NCBI GenBank assembly: GCA_046295395.1
Contig: JBKBNH010000002.1
Location: 142,056 to 206,055 of the forward strand
Length of the DNA: 64,000 nucleotides
Source of the DNA: Flavobacteriales bacterium
GTDB lineage: Bacteria; Bacteroidota; Bacteroidia; Flavobacteriales_D; JBKBNH01
Direction of reading: 5' to 3'
The notes beneath the pieces are model-generated. The model was not told where the DNA came from. It did no database searches and worked only from the letters and a program-made list of their open reading frames with translations. Of the stretch, positions 46,615 through 57,200 are shown piece after piece. Within the stretch, counting starts at the first letter, position 1. Every line of letters starts with the position of its first letter. A program made the translations under genes and the position numbers.

Positions 46615-47427
46615 ATGAATGAAGAATTGGTGGATAAGCTGCTTCACTATGCTGAGATTTACGGAATGAACCTGCTTACAGCGTTAGTCACACTACTTGT
46701 CGGGCTTTATGTGATAAAACTCATAAAAAGAGGAATCGATTCTTTATTACAAAAGAGAAACATCGACACTTCTTTAAGGCCATTTTTGGTTGGTATTCTA
46801 GACGTGGCCCTTAAACTTATGCTTATTGTTGCTGTAATAGGTATGGTGGGCGTTCAAACGAGCTCATTTTTAGCCCTTCTGGGCGCGGCGGGTATAGCTG
46901 TGGGTATGGCTTTATCAGGCACTTTACAAAACTTCGCCGGAGGCGTTGTACTTTTAATCCTTAAACCATTTAAGGCAGGAGATTTTATTGAAGCACAGGG
47001 CTTTACCGGAAGAATAAGTGAAATCAGAATTTTTAATACAATCTTAAAAACAACAGATAATAAAACAGTAATTATCCCAAACGGAGCCCTATCAAATGGC
47101 TCTATAATTAATTACACCATGGAAGAAACCAGAAGGGTTGATTTTACAGTAGGAATTAGCTACGACTCAGACATGGATAAAGCAAAAACACTGGTAAATG
47201 AACTGATTAATAAAAACAAACTCATTTTAAGAGAACCCGAGCCATTTGTTGATATTATCAGCCTGAATAACAGTTCTGTAGATATTGTAATGAGAGTTTG
47301 GACAAAAACAGAAGACTATTGGAAAGTGTATTTCTACCTACCGCAAAACATCAAAAAAAGTTTCGATGCAAATGGTATAGAAATACCATTTCCGCACACT
47401 CAAGTAATAATGAAAAACAGAAACTAA
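46615..47427 (+). CDS. Small-conductance mechanosensitive channel (MscS family)
   Basis: Three TM helices, then the MscS beta-domain motif LKPFKAGDFIEAQGFTGRISEIRIFNTILKTTDNKTVIIPNGALSNGSIINYT. Confidence 0.85.
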   Translation: MNEELVDKLLHYAEIYGMNLLTALVTLLVGLYVIKLIKRGIDSLLQKRNIDTSLRPFLVGILDVALKLMLIVAVIGMVGVQTSSFLALLGAAGIAVGMALSGTLQNFAGGVVLLILKPFKAGDFIEAQGFTGRISEIRIFNTILKTTDNKTVIIPNGALSNGSIINYTMEETRRVDFTVGISYDSDMDKAKTLVNELINKNKLILREPEPFVDIISLNNSSVDIVMRVWTKTEDYWKVYFYLPQNIKKSFDANGIEIPFPHTQVIMKNRN

Positions 47428-47434
47428 CAAAAAA

Positions 47435-48421
47435 ATGAAAAAAGTATACTTTGTCTTCTTGGCGGCAATTTCCACTTTTAATATATACGCACAGGTAAAC
47501 CCTTTAACCGAAAAAGAAAAAGAAGAACTAGAAAAAAAACTACAAGCACAAGCGTTGATAAATGACTCGCTTGTTTGGAAAAAAGGCGGGCTGTTGGGGT
47601 TAAACTTTTCTCAAGTACAATTGGTTAATTGGGCTGGAGGAGGAAACAGTACAATGGCTGCGACAGGAATTTTAAACTTATATGCAGGCTATAAGAAAAA
47701 CAACACAACATGGGACAGTTCGCTCGACATGGCATATGGACTTATTAGCCAAAACAACGCCCCCTTTTTTAAGAGTGACGATCGAATAGAGATTAACTCA
47801 AAATATGGCCATAAAGCCTCTGAAAAACTATATTATGCAGGACTTTTTAACCTTAGAACACAGTTCGCCCCGGGATATAATACACCAGCCGACACAGTAT
47901 TCATTTCAAATTTTCTAGTCCCGGCATTTTCAATTCTGGCTCTTGGCTTTGACTATAAACCAACCAAGCACCTAACGTTTTTCTTGTCTCCGGCAACCAT
48001 TAAAACAACGGTAGTAAATGACCAAAGATTAGCAGATGCCGGAGCATTTGGTGTTCAAAAAGCAGAGATTGACTCGTTTGGAGTAAAAATAGTTGACGGA
48101 AAAAAAATCAGACATGAAGCTGGGGCTTTTTTCAAAATGATGTACAAGAAAGAGGATATAGTTAAGAATGTTAATTTAATGACAAGAATAGACTTGTTTT
48201 CTAATTATTTCAACAATCCGCAAAATATTGATGTCAATTGGGAGCTTTTAATTTCTATGAAAGTCAATAAATATTTATCAGCGAGTATTTCAACGCTATT
48301 AATTTACGATGATGATATACAGATTGCCGTTGACACAAACAACGACGGAATTCTTGATGGATCAGGCCCTCGCATACAATTTCGAGAGGTTTTGTCTATA
48401 GGTCTTTCTTATAAATTCTGA
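47435..48421 (+). CDS. DUF3078 domain-containing outer-membrane protein
   Basis: Signal peptide, the characteristic WKKGGLLGLNFSQVQLVNWAGGG motif, and a beta-barrel pattern ending in ...LSIGLSYKF. Confidence 0.7.
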   Translation: MKKVYFVFLAAISTFNIYAQVNPLTEKEKEELEKKLQAQALINDSLVWKKGGLLGLNFSQVQLVNWAGGGNSTMAATGILNLYAGYKKNNTTWDSSLDMAYGLISQNNAPFFKSDDRIEINSKYGHKASEKLYYAGLFNLRTQFAPGYNTPADTVFISNFLVPAFSILALGFDYKPTKHLTFFLSPATIKTTVVNDQRLADAGAFGVQKAEIDSFGVKIVDGKKIRHEAGAFFKMMYKKEDIVKNVNLMTRIDLFSNYFNNPQNIDVNWELLISMKVNKYLSASISTLLIYDDDIQIAVDTNNDGILDGSGPRIQFREVLSIGLSYKF

Positions 48422-48504
48422 TACAGAAATTGATTTAGAGGAAATGCAGCGCATTGTGCCGCATTTTATTTACTTTAGCTGCTTAAATTACTGAGGGTAA
48501 AAAC

Positions 48505-48858
48505 TTGAAAATTCTCAAAGCGATATTAATAATTTTTTCATTGTTTCTGTTTTCTGAAGCAAACGCCCAGTACAGAGATCCGTCAAAAAATAAAGCAAAA
48601 AAAGAAAAAAACCGGCAGGGCTCTCCAGTTTCTTTCAGAAAGAAAAATGCAGAACGAGCACTCCAAGCAGAATCAGACCCCTTTAAAAGCAAAAAACGAA
48701 AATCGAACAAGGATAAAACAAAAGAATCAGACCCTTTTAAATCTGGAGGAAAAAGAAAGAAGAAAAAGGAAAAAAAATATAAGAACTCATCAAAAGTTAG
48801 AAAAACACAAAAAACAAAAGACCCCTTTAAAAAACCTAAAAAAAACCAAAAAGGATAA
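48505..48858 (+). CDS. Secreted, extremely Lys-rich low-complexity protein with DPFK repeats
   Basis: TTG start followed by a clean signal peptide (KILKAILIIFSLFLFSEANAQ). The mature ~95 aa are dominated by Lys, with three DPFK motifs (SDPFKSKK, SDPFKSGGKRKKKK, KDPFKKPKK). Confidence 0.5.
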   Translation: MKILKAILIIFSLFLFSEANAQYRDPSKNKAKKEKNRQGSPVSFRKKNAERALQAESDPFKSKKRKSNKDKTKESDPFKSGGKRKKKKEKKYKNSSKVRKTQKTKDPFKKPKKNQKG

Positions 48859-48958
48859 CTTTGTAAAAAATGTATTTGGCACGATTTTTAGCCGAACGTG
48901 CTTCAAAAGCAAAATAATTCATAAATTGCGTAACTTCAGAAGGAAAACAAAAGTATAA

Positions 48959-49483
48959 GTGACCTGTTTAAACAAAATATTGGTTTTAGTCCTATCCTTT
49001 GTGGTATTTAACACACGAGGGCAGCAGGATTTTAAAACGAATAATAATCTTAAAGCAATTTATGTATACAATTTTACCACACTGGTTGATTGGCCTAAAG
49101 AATTTAAGCAAAACGATTTTGTGATAGGGGTGCTTGGCGATCAGGGTTTAGTGGATGTTTTGACACAAAAATATTCATCAAAAAATGTAGGCGCACAGCC
49201 TATAAAAATCAAAGCATACAAAAACGAGACAGAAGTTGATCAGTGTCATATCTTGTTTATTGCCAACAGCCAGTCGGCAACCGTAACGAGGCTTTCAAAA
49301 AAACTGACCAAATACAGCACACTTATAGTAGCGGAGTCTGCAGGGGCACTAGAATCAGGGGCTTGTATTAATTTTACAGCAAAAGATAATAAATTAGCGT
49401 ACGAATTGAGTAAATCAAACACAGAACGAATCAAATTAATATTGGGCAAAACCATATTAGAATTGGCGGTAAAAGTTAGTTAA
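48959..49483 (+). CDS. YfiR-family (DUF4154) periplasmic protein
   Basis: Signal peptide, then KAIYVYNFTTLVDWP...FVIGVLGD...CHILFIANS...TLIVAES...GACINF...ELSKSNTERIKLILGKTILELA, which matches the DUF4154/YfiR pattern. Confidence 0.75.
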   Translation: MTCLNKILVLVLSFVVFNTRGQQDFKTNNNLKAIYVYNFTTLVDWPKEFKQNDFVIGVLGDQGLVDVLTQKYSSKNVGAQPIKIKAYKNETEVDQCHILFIANSQSATVTRLSKKLTKYSTLIVAESAGALESGACINFTAKDNKLAYELSKSNTERIKLILGKTILELAVKVS

Positions 49484-50382
49484 TGAGCAAAAAGCTTTAC
49501 ATAGCGATCATATTTTGTTTACTGATGGTTTCAGGAGCTTATGCACAGTCTAAAAACTGGGAAAAAGCACTTAAGGCATATCAGGAAGAAAACTTTGATG
49601 ACGCCATAAAGTTCAGTGATAATTCTATTATGGATGATGCTGAAAGTAAAGACGCTTACACTTGGCATGTTCGTGGATTTATTTACAGAGCCGCACACAA
49701 AAAACTTGATGACAGCAGCCCAGCCTCTAAACTAAGAGAAACATCGATAGAATCCTTTCTCAAAAGTATTGAGCTTGATTCGAATAAAGAATTTGAAATT
49801 AAGAACAAAAGCGCAGTAATTAATTTAGCAAAAACCTATTTTAATGACGCCGTAAGAGCATTAAGCGCTGAAACTTTTGAAGACGCTATTGAATATTATG
49901 CCAAATACAAGGACGTTACCCGCCGGGTAGAGCCTGATTTCAGCTTTAAACAAACCGATATAGACTTTAACAACACCCTTGGCGCAGTATACCAAAACAT
50001 ATATGAAAATGATAAGGGCGCAAACCAAAATTTTATGCAAAAAGCCATTGATGTATATAAGACCACTATAGAAATAGACTCGCTTAACTATAATGCGAAC
50101 TACAATATAGGGGTTTTATATTACAATCAGGGTGTAGATTTAATTTTGTCTATTGACCCGGAAGCACCACTTCCTATTGTAATAGAAACTCAAGAAATGT
50201 GTGCAGAGTTATTTATACGGTCTTTACCATATATGAAAAGAGCGTATAATTTAAAACCAACAAATAGAGAAACCATCATTGGTCTTGCGGGCATTTATTT
50301 TAACTTGAATGATAACGAAAAGTCTAAATTTTTTAGCGACCTTTTGAAGGAGGTAGAAGATAACGACTCACCAAACAGATAG
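49483..50382 (+). CDS. Exported TPR-like helical repeat protein
   Basis: Signal peptide MSKKLYIAIIFCLLMVSGAYAQ and TPR-like helix pairs (WEKALKAYQEENFDDAIKF, YNANYNIGVLYYNQG, IIGLAGIYFNLNDNEKS). The start overlaps the upstream stop (TAATG). Confidence 0.45.
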   Translation: MSKKLYIAIIFCLLMVSGAYAQSKNWEKALKAYQEENFDDAIKFSDNSIMDDAESKDAYTWHVRGFIYRAAHKKLDDSSPASKLRETSIESFLKSIELDSNKEFEIKNKSAVINLAKTYFNDAVRALSAETFEDAIEYYAKYKDVTRRVEPDFSFKQTDIDFNNTLGAVYQNIYENDKGANQNFMQKAIDVYKTTIEIDSLNYNANYNIGVLYYNQGVDLILSIDPEAPLPIVIETQEMCAELFIRSLPYMKRAYNLKPTNRETIIGLAGIYFNLNDNEKSKFFSDLLKEVEDNDSPNR

Positions 50383-50394
50383 GAAAAAAACAAA

Positions 50395-52248
50395 ATGAGG
50401 TTTACTATAGGCAGACGTATAGGTCTTGGTTTCGGAATAGTGATATTTCTCATTTTGATTATTTTCTATTTTACCTTCAATACCCTTCGTCAGGGCTCAG
50501 ATACGTTAAACGAAAGTATCGAAAAAAACAAACGATTTAATGATGTAACTCAACCAACTATAGAGTTGCTCATTCGTTTGAAAGAAACCATTTTTGAGAC
50601 TAAAACACTTATTAATAAGTGGGCAACAGAACAAACGCGCGAAGACGATCAAAGCAAAATCAGACTTAAGAAAATCACCACAGAAATAGTTCCCTCAACA
50701 GTTAGACGATTAGAATCGCTTGCCTCGGAATGGTCTTCAGAAGAAGACAAGGGTCGGCTACAGCAGAACATCTTCAAAAACATAGAAGAGCTTTTTTCCA
50801 TGCACGAAACTTACGTTACTTCTATTTTGGTAGACTTCGATAGTTATAACGACCCATCAGCCTTGTTTTTGGCCAGGCCGGCAGTGCAGCCCGATGGAGA
50901 AATTAGCAAAAAAACCCAGCAAATTACAAACGAGCTTGATGATTTCATCAACAGAAAAAACGCCGAAGCGGCAAGTCAAAAAGATGAAATGAATAAATCT
51001 TTTGAGGTAACCGAAACAGGATTTGCTTGGTTGAAACTTTTAGTTGTTTTTTTTGGTTTAGCCTTATTTATAGGCACGGTTGTGATAGCCACCCTAACCT
51101 CTAGGTCTATTGTGGGGCCGGTTAACGAACTTAAGTTAATACTTTTTGATTTAGGGAAAGGAATTTTCCCAAAGACAAAAATGAAAGCAAGAAATGACGA
51201 AATCGGAGAAATGACTCTTGCGCTGGATAACTTAGTTGAAGGCCTGAAAAGAACAACCGACTTTTCTAGAGAGGTTGGTTCCGGCAACTTCGAATACGAC
51301 TATCAACCACTTTCAGAAGAAGATGTTTTGGGACATGCATTGCTAAAAATGCGTGATGAACTAGCTGAAAACGAAAGAGTTCTTGAGCAAAAAGTGGTAG
51401 AAAGAACCGAAGAGGTCGTTCGGCAGAAAGAAGAAATCGAAAACCAACGACAAAAACTGGAAGAGCTATACAAAGACGTAACAGATAGCATTAGGTATGC
51501 AAAACGCCTTCAGGACTCTATTCTTCCACCAGATTCTTTTGTAAAACAATTATTGCCGGAATCTTTCGTTTTATTCAGACCAAAAGACATCGTAAGCGGC
51601 GATTTTTACTGGATGGAAGAAACAAATAACAAAATACTTTTTTCGGCGGTAGATTGCACCGGACATGGTGTTCCTGGAGCATTTATGAGTATAGTTGGAG
51701 CAAATGCTTTAAATCAGGCGGTTGCTGCTTCAAAACTAGATACTCCCGGATTAATTTTAGACGAATTACACCGGCTGTCTTCAGAAGCGCTGAATAAAAC
51801 TTCAGATGAAAAATCTGTGAGGGACGGTATGGACTTAGCCATGTGCGCTCTTTCTAAAGATTACAAAACATTAGAATATGCCGGAGCAAATAATCCGCTT
51901 TACATATTAAGAAAAGATGAAATTATACAGACTAAAGCGGATAAATTTCCAATAGGAGGCTTCGAAGTAGGCCAGCATAACTATGCTACCCACACATTTG
52001 ACCTGCAGGATGGCGACATGATATACATATTTTCTGATGGTTACGCAGATCAGTTTGGAGGCTCAAAAGGTAAAAAATTCATGTATCGCCAGTTCAGGGA
52101 GGTGCTTATGGAAATAAGACATTTACCCATGAACAAACAAAGGCAAGAGCTTGAGCGAATCATGGAAGAATGGAAAGGAGTCTACGAACAGGTGGATGAT
52201 GTGTTGGTAATAGGAGTGAAAATTAACTTAAATCAAACTAAACCATGA
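50395..52248 (+). CDS. Membrane sensor with HAMP domain and PP2C/SpoIIE-family Ser/Thr phosphatase output
   Basis: TM1, a ~190-aa periplasmic helical domain, TM2, HAMP (IVGPVNELKL...DEIGEMTLALDNLVEGL), a coiled coil, then SpoIIE motifs (AKRLQDSILP, SGDFYW, DCTGHGVPGAFMS, DGMDLAM, FSDGYADQFGG, DDVLVIGVKI). Confidence 0.85.
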   Translation: MRFTIGRRIGLGFGIVIFLILIIFYFTFNTLRQGSDTLNESIEKNKRFNDVTQPTIELLIRLKETIFETKTLINKWATEQTREDDQSKIRLKKITTEIVPSTVRRLESLASEWSSEEDKGRLQQNIFKNIEELFSMHETYVTSILVDFDSYNDPSALFLARPAVQPDGEISKKTQQITNELDDFINRKNAEAASQKDEMNKSFEVTETGFAWLKLLVVFFGLALFIGTVVIATLTSRSIVGPVNELKLILFDLGKGIFPKTKMKARNDEIGEMTLALDNLVEGLKRTTDFSREVGSGNFEYDYQPLSEEDVLGHALLKMRDELAENERVLEQKVVERTEEVVRQKEEIENQRQKLEELYKDVTDSIRYAKRLQDSILPPDSFVKQLLPESFVLFRPKDIVSGDFYWMEETNNKILFSAVDCTGHGVPGAFMSIVGANALNQAVAASKLDTPGLILDELHRLSSEALNKTSDEKSVRDGMDLAMCALSKDYKTLEYAGANNPLYILRKDEIIQTKADKFPIGGFEVGQHNYATHTFDLQDGDMIYIFSDGYADQFGGSKGKKFMYRQFREVLMEIRHLPMNKQRQELERIMEEWKGVYEQVDDVLVIGVKINLNQTKP

Positions 52249-52832
52249 ATGAATGGTGGATTGAACTTTCCGGCACAGAAAAAGTATTTTGGATAATAGC
52301 TATTCCGGCTACTATCATTTTTCTTTTTGTTTTGGTTATCAACCTAATTGCCGGCATCGATAGCGGAGACCTCGACTCCTCTGACGGGTCTTTTGATGCA
52401 GACATGGCCGATGGCATAGGGTTTCAGTTCATTACATTTAAAACACTCCTAGCCTTTTTTACCATTTTTGCTTGGACAGGTATCGCGTGCCTTGATGCTC
52501 AATTTTCAACCACAGTATCTGTTTTAATAGCAACCGGAGCAGGAACGGTAATGATGGCGCTTACCGCTTGGTTTTATTATTTTATGGCTAAAATGTCTGA
52601 GAGCGGAACACTTAAAATAAACAAGGCCATTGGCGCAATAGGCGAGGTATATTTAACCATACCAGCCAATGCCCAAACGGTAGGAAAAGTACAAATAAAA
52701 CTCCAAGGCTCACTCCATGAATTAGACGCCATAACAGACGATGAAAAAGATATAACCAGAGGCAAATTAGTAAGAGTAACCGATGTTGTAAACAACACCA
52801 TATTAAAAGTAACCCTTAACACAAACACATAA
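52245..52832 (+). CDS. NfeD-family membrane protein (OB-fold C-terminus)
   Basis: Three or four TM helices and a C-terminal beta-rich domain (GEVYLTIPANAQTVGKVQIKLQGSLHELDAITDDEKDITRGKLVRVTDV). ATGA overlap with the phosphatase gene; a flotillin gene follows directly. Confidence 0.7.
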   Translation: MNEWWIELSGTEKVFWIIAIPATIIFLFVLVINLIAGIDSGDLDSSDGSFDADMADGIGFQFITFKTLLAFFTIFAWTGIACLDAQFSTTVSVLIATGAGTVMMALTAWFYYFMAKMSESGTLKINKAIGAIGEVYLTIPANAQTVGKVQIKLQGSLHELDAITDDEKDITRGKLVRVTDVVNNTILKVTLNTNT

Positions 52833-52837
52833 AAATC

Positions 52838-54220
52838 ATGTTTGAAGACTTAAATTACATTACCATTCTCATCGCCATTGTGGTGGGATTTTTCTTCATT
52901 TTTGTATTAACCTTCATAAGAAGATATAGAAGGTGTCCTTCGGACAAAATTTTGGTTGTTTATGGCAAAGTAGGCGGGGGCTCAGCTAAGTGTATTCACG
53001 GAGGAGCGGCATTTATATGGCCGCTTATACAAGATTATTCCTATTTGGATTTAACACCGATTTCTATCGAGGTGAACCTTGCTAATGCACTCTCCAAACA
53101 AAACATTCGGGTTGATGTACCCTCTCGTTTTACCGTAGGTATTTCCACAGAGCCTGTAATTATGAACAATGCTGCAGAGCGTTTGTTGGGATTAAAACAA
53201 CAGCAAATCTACGACATAGCCAGAGATATCATTTTTGGTCAGTTGAGGTTAGTTGTTGCCACCATGGATATAGAAGAAATTAATAGCAATAGGGATAAAT
53301 TTTTGGCAAACGTGTCTGCCAACGTGGAGGCAGAGCTTAAAAAAATAGGCCTCCGCCTAATTAACGTAAACGTAACCGACATTAAAGATGAATCCGGCTA
53401 TATCGAAGCATTAGGCAAGGAGGCTGCAGCTAAAGCCATCAACGATGCCAGACAGAGCGTAGCAGAGAAAAACAGAGACGGCTCCGTGGGAGAGGCCAAT
53501 GCCGTACAAGAGCAGCGGGTAAAGGTAGCCCAAGCTAACGCTACAGCAGTAGAAGGAGAGAACCTCTCGAAAATATTAATTGCTAATTCTGATGCTTTAA
53601 GACGAGAAAAGGAGGCCGAAGCTGAAAAAATAGCCATTGCCGCTGAAAAAGTACAAACAGCCAAAGCCCTCGAAGAGTCTTATGCAGCAGAAAGAGAAGC
53701 AGAAACAGCCAGGGCACAAAGAGACAAAGCCTCTCAGGTCGCAGACGTTATAGTTCCTTCTCAAATCGAAAAAGAAAGAATAGAAATACAAGCCGAAGCG
53801 CAGGCAGAGCAAATAAGAAGAATTGCAAAAGGAGAGGCCGACGCAATCTTATTTAGAAAACAAGCCGAAGCACAGGGATTACTCGAAATTCTTACTAAAC
53901 AAGCCGAAGGTCTGGACCGAATTGTGAAAGCCGCAGGAAATAATTCCAGAGATGCCGTCCTATTGCTTATAGCAGATAAGTTGCCAGAAATTATTAAAAC
54001 ACAAGCCGAAGCAATTAAAAACATAAAAATTGATAAAGTAACCGTGTGGGAAGGAGGAACAAATGCAGATGGCAAGACATCTACAGCAAACTTTATCTCA
54101 GGTTTATACAAATCTGTTCCGCCGCTTGACGACATGTTTAAAATGGCAGGAATGGAATTGCCATCGTATTTAAAAGGAAAAACAGAAGACCCAGCAAACA
54201 ATAATGACCAAGCCGAATAA
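52838..54220 (+). CDS. Flotillin-family SPFH (band 7) protein
   Basis: N-terminal anchor, an SPFH domain (RCPSDKILVVYGK...IWPLIQDYSYLDLTP...), and a long Ala/Glu-rich flotillin coiled coil (EAEAEKIAIAAEKVQTAKALEESYAAEREAE). Confidence 0.85.
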   Translation: MFEDLNYITILIAIVVGFFFIFVLTFIRRYRRCPSDKILVVYGKVGGGSAKCIHGGAAFIWPLIQDYSYLDLTPISIEVNLANALSKQNIRVDVPSRFTVGISTEPVIMNNAAERLLGLKQQQIYDIARDIIFGQLRLVVATMDIEEINSNRDKFLANVSANVEAELKKIGLRLINVNVTDIKDESGYIEALGKEAAAKAINDARQSVAEKNRDGSVGEANAVQEQRVKVAQANATAVEGENLSKILIANSDALRREKEAEAEKIAIAAEKVQTAKALEESYAAEREAETARAQRDKASQVADVIVPSQIEKERIEIQAEAQAEQIRRIAKGEADAILFRKQAEAQGLLEILTKQAEGLDRIVKAAGNNSRDAVLLLIADKLPEIIKTQAEAIKNIKIDKVTVWEGGTNADGKTSTANFISGLYKSVPPLDDMFKMAGMELPSYLKGKTEDPANNNDQAE

Positions 54221-57200
54221 AATAAATAGTTCAATAAAAAGAGCCTTGATTAATCTAATCAGGGCTTTTGTTTTTATTGGCCTAGCATGCGGACAAGCAC
54301 AGCACAGTATTAAGTTCGACAACATCTCCCTGAATGAAGGGCTCTCTCAGAGCACTATTTCTGCAATAATTCAGGACTCGCAAGGCTACATGTGGTTTGG
54401 CACACAAGACGGATTAAATCGTTACGACGGATACAGATTCAAAATATATAAACACGACCCAGATATTTCAACCTCCATCTCCGGAAATTTTATAAAATGT
54501 ATAATGGAAGACGGAGACTATCTTTGGATAGGAACCGAAACAGGGGGGGTAAATCGTTATGAAAAAAGCAGAGATGTTTTCCGAACATTTGATCATATAG
54601 ACCAATTAAGACACTCTGCTGTTACCGCTCTTGCCAAAGATAAAAGCGGTAAGATATGGATAGGGACAGATGATAATGGATTGATAAGTTTTTCTCCAAA
54701 AGAAGGAAGAGTAGAACATTTTAACGAAAACAACGGGCTAATGTCCAACAACATTAAGGGGCTTAAATTTTTACCCGAAGGATTTTTGTTAATCGGCCAG
54801 CTAGATGGCCAATTACAATATTTGAATGTAAAGGAAAACAAACTTAAAACTGTAAAGGACAACAAAATATACGGCTCAAATTTTTATTCGTTCGAAACTT
54901 CTAAAAATGGGCAAACCCTAGTCGGAACAGATAGAGGAGTAATTACTTTGCAAATAGAAAATAACGAACCGACCATAAAAAAAAGAATCTATCCGGTAGA
55001 ACAAGCCTCTTCTCTTTTACTTCAGAACGATTCAACCCTTTGGGCAGCCACAGAAGGGTTTGGCTTATTTAAAATTGATCTGAACAAATCCAAAACAAAT
55101 AATTACAGATATGACCCGTTGAATAGAAAGAGTATTGCCGAAAACCTCATTTTCAGCGTATTTCAAGACAGGAGCGGCTGTATTTGGATAGGCACAAACA
55201 ACGGGCTAAGTAAGTTCGACCCTATTAAGCAATTTTTCAACCACATAGCACCCGAGCCCGACAATCCTAAAGGACTAAACGACAAAACAATCTGGGCAAT
55301 AGCTAAAGACAAACGAAACCGGCTTTGGGTGGCCACGAGCAAGGGGCTTAGCCGAGTAGATGAAAACTCTTTGGTTGCTGTAAATTATCCATTTGTTGGC
55401 AACAACCCCAACTTGCCCAACAACAACAATGTATACAGTGTTCTACCAGAAGATGATTTTCTGTGGCTTGGAACGGTAGATGGATTTTATAAACTCAATT
55501 TTTCAAACGACAAGCTAGAAAAGGTAAACCTTGGAGAGTTTGAGCAAACCGCAGACAAAAGAATTTACCACATAACAAAAGACAAAAATGGCAACATATG
55601 GCTTGGCGCTAAAGAAGGTCTATGTTTTTATAACGTAAAAGACAGAACAACGGCACATTTTAAGAGCAGCCCATCAAAAAACAAATCCCTTCCGGGAAGA
55701 ACGGTAAGAGCCGTTCATGTGGACAGCAAGGGAAACTTGTGGGTCGGAACCGAAGGCGGAGGTCTGGGGTTTGTTTCAAGCGATCAGATTACAACACAGC
55801 CAAAAGAACTTTCTTTTGATGTGTATAGCGCAAGTTCGGCAGACTATAAAGCCTTAAACAACAATATTATAACAACAATTTTTGAAGACCAAGACGGCAC
55901 GCTTTGGCTTGGCACATACGGCGGCGGATTAAATGCGTTAAACCCAAAAACAGGAAAATTCAGGCGTTACACGGAAAAAGAAGGCCTGTCAAACAATGTT
56001 GTTTATGCCATTCTTTCCGAGAACGAAAATGCACTTTGGATGAGCACCAACTTTGGTTTGTCAAGGCTAGAAAAAGCAACCGGAGCCTTTAAAGTTTTTC
56101 TAGAAAAAGACGGCCTTCAGAGTAACGAGTTTAATATAGGCGCCGCATATAGAGCGAAAGATGGAAAATTATATTTTGGTGGAATAAACGGGTTAAATAG
56201 CTTTTATTCGACACAAATAACAGAAAACAGAATTCCACCGGAAGTATTAATTACCGGAATTTTATTGTTTAATCAACCTATAAAAATAGGCCCGTCATCG
56301 CCACTTCAAACGGACGTTTCATTTGCGCAAGAAATTGCTCTAAAACACAGACAAAATAATCTTACAATAGAATACGCAGCACTACACTTTTCTAATTCGG
56401 CAAACAATAAATACAAGTTTATTTTAGAGGGATACGAGGAACAAATGAATTATGTGAGTGATGTAAAAAGAGCACATTACAGTAATCTTCCTCCCGGAGA
56501 ATACACGTTCAAAGTGTTCGGGTCTAATAGCGACGGTATTTGGAGCCAATCTCCGGCAAAACTGCGGATAGTAATACTTCCTCCCTATTATGCAACTTGG
56601 TGGTTTAGAGGAATTTTAGGCATTGTCTTGCTTTTAGTTGTTTATACCTTTTACCAGCTAAGGATAAGAACCATCCGTCTTCAAAAACAAAAACTATCCG
56701 AACTAGTTGAAAAACGAACAGCAACCATCAGAAAACAAAAAGAAATGATGGAAGAACAAAAACTACAGCTTGAACTGGAAAAAGAAAAAAGCGACAAACT
56801 GCTAATAAATATTCTTCCGGCAGAAACAGCAGAGGAACTAAAAAATCACGGAAAAGCAACAACAAGAACATATCGCTTAGTCACAGTAATGTTTACAGAC
56901 ATTATAGGGTTTACCCAAATTGCCGAAAAAATGAATCCGGTAGATCTCGTAAAAAGACTAGATGAGTATTTCAGGGAGTTTGACAAAATAATAGAGCGAA
57001 ATAAAATTGAAAAAATAAAAACAATTGGTGATTCATATATGGCCGCAGGCGGAGTGCCAATAAGAAATAAAGAAAACCCCGTGTATACAGTTTTGGCGGC
57101 ACTTCAGATTCAAAAGTTAATGCGGGATAAAAAAGAAGAAGCGATAACCAAAGGAGAAGCAGACCCTTGGGATCTCAGGGTGGGCATTCATACAGGAGAT

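Noticed and set aside
48647-48958. 103-aa alternative-frame Lys-rich ORF overlapping the polycationic protein gene
   Set aside because: It is an artefact of A-rich DNA. It lacks a signal peptide, and the 48505 frame has one. Both remain uncertain.
53398-54234. Minus-strand ORFs (53761-54234, 53398-53664, 53597-53812) opposite the flotillin gene
   Set aside because: The flotillin frame has SPFH and coiled-coil signatures. The antisense frames are low-complexity Ser/Ala/Phe runs mirroring the Ala/Glu-rich coding strand.
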